Part shown: positions 25,476 to 36,754 of the stretch, piece by piece
Layout of the letters: every line of letters begins with the position of its first letter
Position numbering within the stretch: position 1 is the first letter of the stretch
From: Chiloscyllium plagiosum
Taxonomy: Eukaryota
Direction of reading: 5' to 3'
Length of the DNA stretch: 60,346 nt
Assembly: GCF_004010195.1 (NCBI RefSeq)
Contig: NC_057719.1
Span: forward strand, 64,612,864 to 64,673,209
Position numbers and translations under genes: made by a program
The notes under the pieces: generated by a model
Told to the model about the DNA's origin: nothing
Databases searched by the model: none
Seen by the model: only the letters and a program-made list of their open reading frames with translations

Positions 25476-26123
25476 CTGGATTAGTGGTGCTGGAAGAGCA
25501 CAGCAGTTCAGGCAGCATCCGAGGAGCAGTAAAATCGACGTTTCGGGCAAAAGCCCTTCATCAGGAATAAAGGCAGAGAGCCTGAAGGGTGGAGAGATAA
25601 GTGAGAGGAGGGNNNNNNNNNNNNNNNNNNNNNNNNNNNNNNNNNNNNNNNNNNNNNNNNNNNNNNNNNNNNNNNNNCTGTTGTTGAATTCCACATTGCC
25701 CTGGTGTTGAAGTGTTCCGAGGCGGAAGATGAGGCGTTCTTCCTCCAGGCGTCTGGTGGTGAGGGATCGGCAGTGAAGGAGACCCAGGACCTCCATGTCC
25801 TTGGCAGAGTGGGAGGGGGAGTTGAAATGTTGGGCCACAGGGCGGTGTGGTTGATTGGTGCGGGTTTCCCGGCGATGTTCCCTAAAGCACTCTGCTAGGA
25901 GGCGTTCAGTCTCCCCAATGTAGAGGAGACCGCATTGGGAGCAACGGATACAATAAATGATATTGGTGGATGTGCAGGTAAAACCTTGATGGATGTGGAA
26001 GGCTCCTTTAGGGCCGTGGGTGGAGGTGAGGGAGGAGGTGTGTGCTGCCTGAACCGCTGTGCTCTTCCAGCACCACTAATCCAGAATCTGATTTCCAGCA
26101 TCTGCAGTCATTGTTTTTACCTT
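25476..26123 (-). mobile_element. Penelope-like insertion with inverted terminal arms, inside L1
   Basis: GIY-YIG remnant (AQHFNSPSHS...RRLEEERLIFRLGTLQ), arms ctggattagtggtgctggaagagcacagc and gctgtgctcttccagcaccactaatccag, 12-bp TSD tgttattagata at 25464-25475 and 26124-26135. Confidence 0.85.
25533..25568 (-). ncRNA. Minimal type I hammerhead motif (family A variant)
   Basis: Reverse strand reads AUUC-CUGAUGA-A-GGGC-UUUU-GCCC-GAAAC-GUC-GAUU. Confidence 0.7.
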
Positions 26124-27409
26124 TGTTATTAGATATCCTTTATAAATCAGATAGAGAACGTTGAGTGTTGTGGCCAATGGGTTTACCCTCGGTCAGCACT
26201 CTGTATCATTTATTACATTATGAAATGTTGGAAGACATGGAACGTTTGCTTAGAACATGGGATCAGGAATTGGGTTTGGAAATATCCACAGAAATGTGGG
26301 ATGACCTCTGGGAAAATGCCAGAAAAATCTCCATCTGTTCTAGAACCTAGGCCATTCAGTTAAAGATACTCCGTAGGACTCATATAGCAAAATTTAGGGC
26401 AGGAACATCTCCAATGTGTCCCAAATGAAAATAGAGGTGGGCACTCTCACACCCTGCTTATGGACATGTCATAAGATCCGCAAATACTGGGTCAGAGTAG
26501 CAAATGCTTTGACAGAAATCTTGGGAACGGAAATTAGAGTAGATCTAATACCTCTTCTCCTGGGCTTTTTGAGCTTGCCTTCCCTGGATGTGCAAGGGAA
26601 GAAATTATTTTCCATTCTCTCCTTTTGTGCAAGGAAAAATATTTTAGTAAACTGGGTAGCTGAGGGCCCTCCAGGACATCCGAATTGGCACAGGTTAATC
26701 ATGGAATATATTCTCCATGACTTCCTTACAAATATGGTGCACCAAAAAACAGAATTATTCTATAAAATATGGCAGCCCTTCCTGAATTACATCGATACAG
26801 ATATTTCGGCCATTTTGTCAAAGGCTTTCATCTCGTTGTGGTAGCGGTTCTGTCTGGTCCGGGGCCCCTTGGGGGAGGAATCCTGCATGAATACAGGCTT
26901 TATTATGACTTGATGTTAACTCATTCCGAGCATGTACTTCACTATTTAATTACTATGTTATCCTTTTTTTTTCTTGAGTAATGTAAGATATTTTATTATA
27001 CGCTCTGGTTAGTTATAGGTTAGATTAGTAGTTAGTTGAGTTTTGTCTTTTTCTTTTATCTTCTCCTTTTGTTTGACAGGGTTTGGTTATTATTTAATAT
27101 TTAATTGTATATTAGTGTTTGTATTTGTGTTTTTTTATTTTGTAAGTTTGTAAAAACATGTTACATTTTCAATAAAAATATGTTTAAAAAAATTTTAAAA
27201 ACCCGTCAATTTATTTCACAATATCCTGAACAGTAGTGTCAGAGGATATGTGTTTAAACTGTAGTAAATTCAAAATCTAACTGCAAAAACTATTTTTGTT
27301 AGCAAATGATTAATTTGTAGAAAATGCTTCCAGTGGAAATGGTGGAATCACTTTTTTTTCCAGATGCATTCACAGATAAATTAGAAATATTTATTTCAGA
27401 AAATATCAT

Positions 27410-28005
27410 TTTCAGATTTTTGAAGTATCTAGACGTAGGTTTGCTCACTAAGCGGGCAGGTTCGTTTTCAGACCTTCTGACACCATACCAGGTAAACTTT
27501 TCTGTGAGCCTCCGGATGAAGCACTGGTGGTGTAGCCCACTTTCTATTTATATGTTTGGATTTTCTTGGGTTGGTGATGTCATGTCCTGTGGTGATGTCA
27601 TTTCCTGTTCTTTTTCTCAGGGGGTTGTAAATGGGATCCTAGCCAGTGTGTTTGTTGGTAGAGTTCTGGTTGGAATGCTATGCTTCTAGGAATTCTCGTG
27701 CGTGTCTCTGTTTGGTTTGTCCTTGGATGGATGTGTTGTCCCAGTCAAAGTGGTCCTTCCTCATCCGTATGTAAGCATAGTAGATACTAAGGATACCCAC
27801 TCTCACTAGTATCCTCAGGACATGACATCAGAAACACAAACATATAAATAGAAAGTGGGCTGCAGCATCAGTGCTTCATCCGGAGGCTCATTGAAAATTT
27901 TACCTAGTATGGTGATGAAACGTCTGAAAATGAATCTTCCAGCTCAACGAGCAAACCTACATCCAGAACCTCAACCTGAGCTACAAATCTTCTCAAAACT
28001 CACTA
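27410..28005. mobile_element. Fold-back Penelope-like family C element
   Basis: Left arm (about 27410-27770) resembles 19840-20160. Right arm (about 27820-28005) is the inverted 3' end with a decayed hammerhead (ttacctagtatggtgatgaaacgtc). Confidence 0.75.
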
Positions 28006-29471
28006 ATATGAACTACCTGATGGAGGACAAAAGTAAGTGCAGCATCCTGTGGAGGAACAGGTGACTTTGAATCTATGATTCCCAAAGGTCCCCATCATTG
28101 CTCTTCTCTTGTTTCGATTCACTTATAGATTACAAGTGATCCCTCCACTGAGATGGCAGCATCTTGGCTCCAATTCTCAGGCTGGTATTTGTATTTTCTT
28201 TTTCTTTCTCTCCCTTTCTTCCCCTTCTTCTTTTCTCAGTTTATTTTTAGTTTTCGTTCAAACTTGCCTTATGAAGAGAGCTCTTTGGTCGGAAGATGGC
28301 TTTAATGGGCTCCTGAGCAGCAGTGGCATCCTCAGAGGCAGTATGGCTACAGAGTTGGCTGGCCTGTGAAGCCCGGAGCGGGAATCCCGCTTCTGGGTGG
28401 CATGGGTTAGTGTAGCCAGAGTGGGACTCTGTCAGCAGAGAAGGAAAAGTTGGATTCTGTCTATTTATCTTTTTATTTTATTTTATGTTAATAAGAATGG
28501 TACCTAAGCATGGCAACAGTACACTCTTTTCACTGTAGTTTATATTGAATACACACAACAATAAATGATTCAAATCCAAATTCATATTGATAGAAGTGAA
28601 TTCATTGATTGATCAACAGCTCCATTATCACTATATTGGATGAGTAACAGGATGGTAAAATCTATCAATAGGATAGATTTTAATTTTTTTCCATCTAGCA
28701 GTACCTATACATTCCTGTCCAACAGTCATATATCAGAACCTTCACCTTCTCCCTCTCCAAACTGCTTTATCTGTTCTCAATTAGAAGTGATAGAAATGCT
28801 TAAGTGTTGGCTCTATGACTGCCTTGACTGATGTTAATTAATTCAACATTCATTTGTCCTTAGAACCACCTTCTCCGCATGGGGATTAAGGTGTTTTTAA
28901 TTGCTTAAAACAAATTAAGTTGGAACTGTTGATTGAAGCAAACTTTAGTAATTTGAAGATCTTTACAAAAATCAGTGAAAATTACTGAAAAACTGTCCTT
29001 GTATTTCAACAAATCAGGCCACATGAATGTTACAAAAAGAAAACAAAAGTACCACCCAGGTTATCTACGCTGCCCATTCCATGCCATTTGCACTGTTCAC
29101 TACCTAATAGATACATCAAACTCTGGGAGAGGGAAGAATCTTGAAGGTATTACATGCAACATTGTAGAAAATTAATGTCTGACTTTAAGGCAGTTAAGCA
29201 AAATCTAAGTTGTCAGATGAAACGGCAACTTGGTTTTATCAACAGATGAGTGAAGTACAGCAGAGAAATTGTATTAATCTTTGAGTTTTTGATTAGATAT
29301 TAGTTGTAATTTTAGCTTTGTAGTTAAAATGTACAAAATAAAGAGTAAACTGGAACAAAGTTAAACAACATTGGTTATTGCTATATAATTTCAAATTTAT
29401 CTTATTCATATTCTAAAATATTCAGCTCTGATTATGATACATGACCTTTCCTATTATTTTACTTGCATTAG

Positions 29472-29555
29472 GTGTAGACTTGGAGGTTACACCAATATTC
29501 CACACACAACTCCCCGTGGAGGAATATGAAAGAGCTAATGATGAAAGAGACCAAG
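29472..29555 (+). CDS. FSIP1: FSIP1 coding exon 6 (GVDLEVTPIFHTQLPVEEYERANDERDQ)
   Basis: Acceptor cattag, donor AAG|gtaaaa, 84 nt, phase 1-1. Contains the conserved FHTQxPxEEYE motif. An alternative in-frame acceptor would start the exon at 29478. Confidence 0.9.
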
Positions 29556-31278
29556 GTAAAACAAAAAAAAAACGGAGTCTAAATAAAGCACTCATACTTT
29601 AGATTTTGATTCAGCCATATCTCTGAAATTTTCTCTAAATTAATGTTAGGTTGATATAATGTTTAGCTAGTTTCAATCTTTGATTTACAAACAGCTAGGT
29701 ATTCTGTGCTACCACTCATCAACACCAGAGTTTAAAGTTTGGTTACTCCTAATCATATATCACACAGTTCCAGGAGTGGGGTAGAGGGTCCAGGTGGTTC
29801 TGGTCTTGGTTTGTGGTGGTTTGGATTAGTCACGGGTGGGTTAGATGGAGGTGGCCATAGGTCTAGGGTAGATATTGGATCTTGGAATGTTGGGTTTAAT
29901 TGGGGTGGAATCAATTTGGGTAAGAAGAGTTGTCTGGTTGTGGGATATTATCAGGATCCGGTGAGGGGGCGTGGTGGTGGTGGGGCTTGGTTCAAAGGGT
30001 TGGGAAAAATCTAAGTGTGGGAGTTAGGGGAATTTATTTAATAGTTTATCCAGGAGTTACAGGGGACTTTCAGAGCCAACCTTTAAACGTCCAATATTTC
30101 CTGGGTAACTCTCAAGCTAAAATGAGAGTTAATTTTGAATTTTCTCTGAATTTTCCAACTTTTCAGCACTCTTTCCAGGGATGGGGTCCCACACGATTAA
30201 AACAGCTCCCTGTCAGCGAGTCATAGTTATACAGCATGGAAACACACCCTTTGGTGCTACTCGTCCGTGTGACCACATGTCCTAAACTGATCTAGTCTCC
30301 TTCGACAGCATTTGGCTCATATCCCTCTCAACCTTTCCCATTAGCGTATCCATCCTTTTAAATCTTGCAATTATATCGGCCTCCACAACCTCCTCTGGCA
30401 GCTTGTTCTACTCTCTATGTGAAAAATGTTGCCCCTCAGGTCCTTTATAAATCTTTCTCCTCTCACCTCGAACTTATCCCCTCTAATTTTGGACTCCCCT
30501 ACCCTGGGGAAAAGACATTGGCTGTTCACCATCCGTGATCCTCATGATTTTATAAACCTCTATAAGGTCATCCTTCAGCCTCTGATACTCTGGGGGGAAA
30601 AGAAACCCGACCCTACTCAGCCTCTTCCTACACCTCAAACCCTCCAACCAAAGACATAGGAACAGAAATTAGGCCATTCAGCTCATCAAGTTTGCTCTGC
30701 CTTTCAATCATGGATAAAAGGTTTTTCAACCCCATTTTCCTGCTTTCTCCCTGGAACCTTTGATCCCCTTGACAATCAAGAATGTATTAGTCTCTGTTTT
30801 AAATATACTCAATGACCTGGCCTCCACAGCCTTCTGTGGCAATGAATTCCACAGATTCACCACTCTGGGTGAAGAAATCTCTCCTAAAAGGTCTCCTAAA
30901 TTCTAAAATGTCTTCCCTTTACTCTAAGGCTGTTCCCTCAGGTCCTAGTCTCTCCTTGTGAATTTTTTCTGAACCATTTCAATTTTGGCAATATCTTTCC
31001 TATAGCAGGAAGACCAGAATTGAAGGCAGTATTCTAAAAGTGGCCTCACCAATGTCCTGTACAGCCATAACATGACATCCCAACTCCTGTATTCAATGCA
31101 CTGATCTCTGAAGGCAAGCGTGCCAAATGCCGCCTTCACTACCCTGTCAACTATGACTCTACTTTGAAGGAACTATGCAGCTGCACCCTTTGGTCTTCTT
31201 GTTTGGCAACACTCCCCAAGGTTGAAACTTTATTGCTGGAACAGCACAGCAGGTCAGGCAGCATCTAGGGAACAGAAG

Positions 31279-31314
31279 ATTCGACGTTTCGGGCACATGC
31301 CCTTCTTCAGGAAT
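31279..31314 (-). ncRNA. Minimal type I hammerhead motif (family A)
   Basis: Exact reverse complement of 31976-32011. Confidence 0.72.
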
Positions 31315-31975
31315 GAGCAGAGAGTGTTCAGCAGGAGAAGATAAAAGGTAGGGAGGAGGGACTTGGAGGAGGGGAGTTGGAAATGTGATAGGTGGAAAGA
31401 GGTAAAGGTGAAGGTGATAGGTCGGAGTAGGGTGGAGGCGGAGAGGACAAGAAGAAGACTGCAGGACAGGANNNNNNNNNNNNNNNNNNNNNNNNNNNNN
31501 NNNNNNNNNNNNNNNNNNNNNNNNNNNNNNNNNNNNNNNNNNNNNNNNNNNNNNNNNNNNNNNNNNNNNNNNNNNNNNNNNNNNNNNNNNNNNNNNNNNN
31601 NNNNNNNNNTTAACTCCCCCTCCCACTCCACCGAGGATATGCAGGTCATTGGACTCATCCACCGCCAAACTACAACAACGCGACGGTCGGAGGAGGAGCG
31701 TCTTATCTTCCGACTGGGAACCCTCCAACCACAGGGGGTGAACTTGGGCTTCACCAGTTTCTTCATCCCCCCTCCCCCCCCCTTGTCTCAGCCCAATCCC
31801 TCCCGCCCGGCACCGCCCTCCTGACCTGCAGTCTTTTTCTTGACCTCTCCGCCTCCATCCTACTTCGACCTATCACCCTCACCTTGACCTCTTTCCACCT
31901 ATCACATTTCCAACGCCCCTCCTCCAAGTCCCTCCTCCCTACCTTTTATCTTCTCCTGCTGAACACTCTCTGCTC

Positions 31976-32011
31976 ATTCCTGAAGAAGGGCATGTGCCCG
32001 AAACGTCGAAT
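31976..32011 (+). ncRNA. Minimal type I hammerhead motif (family A), best-paired copy
   Basis: AUUC-CUGAAGA-A-GGGC-AUGU-GCCC-GAAAC-GUC-GAAU: 4-bp stem I (AUUC/GAAU), predicted cleavage after C32007. Confidence 0.75.
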
Positions 32012-33644
32012 CTTCTGTTCCCTAGATGCTGCCTGACCTGCTGTGCTGTTCCAGCAATAAAGTTTCAGCTTTGATCTCCAGCGTCTGCAGACCTCACTTT
32101 CTCCTCGAAGATTTAACACTCCCCAAGGCCCTACCATTTAACCGTTTAAGTCGTGCCCTAGTTTGCTTTTCCAAATACAACACCTCACATTTATCCAAAC
32201 TAAACTACATCTGCCACTCCTCGACCCATTGGCCCATCTGATCAAGGTCCCATTGTACTCTGAGATAGCTGTCCACTATATTACCAATTTTGGTGTCATT
32301 TGCAAACTTACTAACTGTACCTCCTACATTCACATCCAAATCATTTATGTAAATAACAAGAGACAGTGGAACCAGCACCAATCCTGGTCACGAGCCTCTA
32401 GACCAAAAAAGCAACCCTCCACCACCACCACCCTCTGTCTCCTACTTCAGCCAATTTTGTATCCAATTGGCTAGCTCCCCCTGGATTCCATGTGATCCAA
32501 TCTTGCTAATCATTCTCCCTGCAGAATCTTGTCAAAAACCTTGCTGTAGTCACCATAGACAAGATAGATATAGATAGCTCTATCTTCATAAATTTTCTTC
32601 ATGACCTCTTCAAATAACTCAGTCAAGTTTGTGAGACATGATTTCCAATGCACAAAGCCATATTGGCTATCCCTAATCAGTGCTTGCCTTTCCAAATGCA
32701 TGTAAATCCTGTCCCTTAAAATCCGCTCCAACCCATGACGTCAGGCTCACCTGTGTAGTTCCTTGGCTTTTCCTTATTGCCTTTCTTAACTATGGCACCA
32801 CATTAGTCCCCTCCGGTATTCCGATACCATACCTATGGCTGTCAGTGATACAAATATCTCAGCAAGGGGCCCAGTAATCTCTTCCCTAGCTTCCCACAAA
32901 GTTATGGAACACACCTGATCAGGTCCCAGGGAGTTATCGACCTTCATGCATTTTACAAATTGTCAAAACTGAATGCTACAATCAATGCTTTTCATTTAAA
33001 AGTTCTAATTTGACCAGATTATATTTTACAAACTGCATCTCCCATTGCATGGAATGGAAGCAGATGGGTTTTAGACAATGCTGCCTTTCAGCTTGTCACT
33101 CGCTGGTTATTTTGAGCATTCCGCAATGGTAAATCTTTGTTCATTGGTACCTTAATACAAATCTTCCAAATATATCATTCTTCCTCAAGTTTTAAAGGTC
33201 AAAATAGTGCATGATGTATTGTATTCATTTTTACTGACTGGATCATGCTTTTAACTAGAAAACAAATCTAGAGTGTCAGAAACTTTAACAAAGCTGACTC
33301 TCTGTCATTTTCCCTAGTCCTTATGATATTGCTGAGATTGATTTGACCTCCATGAGATGGCTTGGAGTAATTTGTTCCTCCTCTTTATCTTGCTTTCCTC
33401 CTCCTTAAGAGCAAATATGTTTGAACTACAGTGTATTACTCAACCGTTGTAGCAAAATGTAAAGTTTGCAACCTGCATTCTTCAAGTAACCTTATGTTTC
33501 AGTTTTGCTGCATTTTAAGAAGAGAATCTAAATGCAATTTAACAAGTTAAGTGTGTCATCTGAAAAAAATCTTTTCCTTTTATTCTTCCCATTATCAGCC
33601 ATCTGCATGATGAAATTTTTTGTACATCTCAAGACTCGCTATTT

Positions 33645-34985
33645 AAAGAACAAAGAACGTTACACCACAGGAACTAAATTTGCAACATATTTTCTAAGGA
33701 TCTGTATCCCTTTGCTCCCTGCCCATTCATGTATCTGTCTAGATGCATCTTAAATGATGCTGTTGTTTCCGCCCCTACCACCTCCGCTGGCAATGCATTC
33801 CAGGCATGCACCACCCTCTGAGTGAAGGACTTTCCACATACATCTCCCCAAAACTTTTTCCCTCTCGTTTGAACTCGTGACCCCTAGTAATTGAGTGCTC
33901 CACTCTGGGAAGAGGTTTCTTACTATCCGTCCTGTTTACACCTCTCATGATTTTGTAGGCCTCAATCAGATCCCCCCTTAACTCCTTCTTTCCAATGAAA
34001 GTAATCCTGATCTACTCAACCTCTCCTCATAGATCGCACACTCCATACCAGGCAACATCCTGGCTAATTTCCTCTGCACCCTGTCCAAAGCATCCACATC
34101 CTTCTGGTAATGTGGCGACCAGAACTGTACGCAATATTCCAAATGTGGCCGAACCAAAGTCTGATACAACTGTAACATGACCTGCCAACTCTTGTACTCA
34201 ATACCCCGTTTGACAAAGGAAAACACGTTGTATGCCTTCTTGACCACTCTACTGATCTGTGTTGCCACCTTCAGTGATCAATGACACTCAGATCTCTCTG
34301 TACCTCAATTTTTCCCAGGACTTTTCCATTGCTGATGAAGGGCTTATGCCCAAAGCATTGATTCTCCTACTCCTTGAAAGCTGCTTGACCTGCTGTGCTT
34401 TTCCAGCTCCACACTCTCGACTCTGATCTCCAGCATCTACAGTCCTCACTTCCTACTAGTTGATTTTAACCTTACTGTGAAGCCTCTTCCAAGATGCCTA
34501 CCTTTGAAGAAGTTCTCTTCCTCTCTCCACAAGGATGTTACTGAGCCCCTCTCTCACTGCAACCCCCCCCCCCCCAGGTTATCTCCTCTGCCCTGAAGCT
34601 TTTCAGCAGATTCCTGATGAAGGGCTTATGCCCAAAACATTGATTCTCCTGCTTCTTGGATGCTGCCTGATCTGCTGCGCTTTTCCAGCACCACACTCTC
34701 GACTTTTCCATTGACTGTATAGTTCGTCCTGGAATTGCATCTTCCAAAATCCATCACCTCACATTTGTCTGGATTAATCTCCATCTGCCATTTCTCTGCC
34801 CAACTCTCTAATCTATCTATACTCTGCTATATTCTCTGACAGTCCCCTTCATCTGCTACTCCACCAATCTTCATGTCATCTGCAAACTTTCTAATGAGAC
34901 AACGTACACCTTCCTCGAAATCATTTATGTATATCATAAACAACAGTGGTCCCAGCGTGGATCCCTGTGGAACACCATTGATCGT
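33645..34985 (-). mobile_element. CR1 LINE 3' part interrupted by a Penelope insertion
   Basis: ORF 33978..34268 LYQTLVRPHLEYCVQFWSPHYQKD, and a FADD remnant near 34880. Confidence 0.85.
34332..34700 (+). mobile_element. Penelope-like insertion with two tandem terminal repeats, each with a decayed hammerhead
   Basis: ctgatgaagggcttatgccc at 34332 and 34614. 13-bp TSD gacttttccattg at 34319-34331 and 34701-34713. Confidence 0.82.
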
Positions 34986-35087
34986 AGAATACAGAACTTA
35001 GAACAATACAGCGGAGAACAGGCCCTTTGGCCCTCAATGTTGCACTGACCTGTGAACTAATCTAAGCCCATCCCCCTACACTATCCC

Positions 35088-36752
35088 TGGATGTCTTGAA
35101 ACGGTTAAAAGTGGATAAATCCCCAGGACCTGATCAGGTGTACCTGAGAACTCTGTGGGAAGCTAGAGAAGTGATTGCTGGGTCTCTTGCTGAGATATTT
35201 TAGATTAGATTAGATTACTTACGTGTGGAAACGGGCTCTTTGGCCCAACAAGTTCACACCGACCCGCCGAAGTGCAACCCACCCAGACCCATTCCCGTAC
35301 ATTTACTCCTTCACCTAACTTTACGGGCAATTTAGCATGGCCAATTCACCTAACCTGCACATTTTCTGGACTGTGGGAGGAAACCGGAGCACCCGGAGGA
35401 AACCCACGCAGACACTGGGAGAATGTGCAAACTCCACACAGACAGTCACCTGAAGTGGGAATTGAACCCGGGTCTCTGGCACTGTGAGGCAGCAGTGCTA
35501 ACCACTGTGCCATCATGATATTTGTATCATTGATAGTCACAGGTGAGGTGCCGGAAGACTGGTGGTTAGCAAACGTGGTGCCACTGTTTAACAAGGGCGG
35601 TAAAGACAAGCCAGGGAACTACAGATCGTTGAGCCTGACCTCAGTAGTGGCCAAGTTGTTGGAGGGAATCCTGAGGGACAGGATGTACATGTATTTGGAA
35701 AGGCAAGGACTGATTCAGGATAGTCAACATGGCTTTGTGCGTGGGCAATCATTTCTCACAAACTTGATTGAGTTTTTTGAAGAAGTAACAAAAAAGGTTG
35801 ATGAGGGCAGAGCAGTAGATGTGATCTATATGGACTCCAGTAAGGCGTTCGACAAGGTTCCCCATGGGAGACTGATTAGCAAGGTTACAGGGAATACAGG
35901 GAGAACTAGCCATTTGGATACAGAACTGGCTCAAAGGTAGAAGACAGAGGGTGGTGGTGAAGGGTTGTTTTTCAGACTGGAGGCCTGTGACCAGTGGAGT
36001 GCCACAAGGATCGGTGCTGGGCCCTCTACATTTTGTCATTTACATAAATGATTTGATGCGAGCATAAGAGGCACAGTTAGTAAGTTTGCAGATGACACCA
36101 AAATTGGAGGTGTAGTGGACAGCGAAGAGGGTTACCTCAGATTACAACCGGATCTGGACCAGATGGGCCAATGGGTTGAGAAGTGGCAGATGGAGTTTAA
36201 TTNNNNNNNNNNNNNNNNNNNNNNNNNNNNNNNNNTTCTGGTCTCCTTCCTATCAGAAAGATGTTGTGAAACTTGAAAGGGTTCAGAAAAGATTGACAAG
36301 AATGTTGCCAGGATTGGAGGATCTGAGCTACAGGGAGATGCTGAACATTGGAGCGTTGGAGGCTGAGGGGTGACCTTATAGAGGTTTACAAAATTATGAG
36401 GGGCATGGATAGGATAAATATACTAAATTTTTTCCCTGGGTTAGGGGAGTCCAGAACTAGAGGGCATAGGTTTAGGGTAAGAGGGGAAAGATATAAAAGA
36501 GACCTAAGGGGCAATGTTTTCATGCAGAGGGTGGTACGTGTATGGAATGAGCTGCCAGAGGAAGTGGTGCAGGCTGGTACAATTGCAACATTCTAAAGGC
36601 ATTTGGATGGGTATATGAATAGAAAGGGTTTGGAGAGATAGGGACTGGGTGCTGGCAGGTGAGGCTAGGTTGGGTTGGGATACCTGGTCGACATGGACGG
36701 GTTGGACCGAAGGGTCTGTTTCCATGCTGTACATCTCCATGACTCTATGATT
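35088..36752 (+). mobile_element. CR1 LINE RT and 3' end, with a SINE insertion and an N gap
   Basis: [50 protein letters not shown] and FADD motifs, then a CR1 tail. Confidence 0.9.
35201..35516 (-). mobile_element. Full-length V-domain (HE1-type) SINE
   Basis: tRNA head, V-domain and (ttaga)n tail. 7-bp TSD gatattt at 35194-35200 and 35517-35523. Confidence 0.9.
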
Positions 36753-36754
36753 CT

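Larger units (their letters stand above)
20665..27200 (+). mobile_element. 5'-truncated L1-clade LINE, disrupted ORF2, with nested insertions
   Basis: APE motif IIGGDFN (~20690), RT motifs SLDAEKAFDRVEW, GCRQGCPLSPL and YADD (~22350), Cys-rich C-terminus (~26415), T-rich 3' UTR, AATAAA and A-rich tail. Multiple stops and frameshifts. Confidence 0.9.
31222..32114. mobile_element. Long fold-back Penelope-like family A element (N gap at centre)
   Basis: Near-identical inverted arms (31222-31470 vs ~31825-32068), each with an intact hammerhead, GIY-YIG remnant EEERLIFRLGTLQPQG, 14-bp TSD aacactccccaagg at 31208-31221 and 32115-32128. Confidence 0.88.
30222..32950 (-). mobile_element. CR1 LINE (RT to 3' tail) with a nested second CR1 tail (~30652-30945) and a Penelope insertion
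   Basis: ORFs YRTLVRPLLEYCLQFWS and RDSQYGFVHWKSCLTNL, CR1 tail at 30222. Confidence 0.85.

Noticed and set aside
29739..30226. Gly/Trp-rich ORFs
   Set aside because: They come from G/T-skewed low-complexity sequence with no splice or homology support, probably an unclassified repeat.
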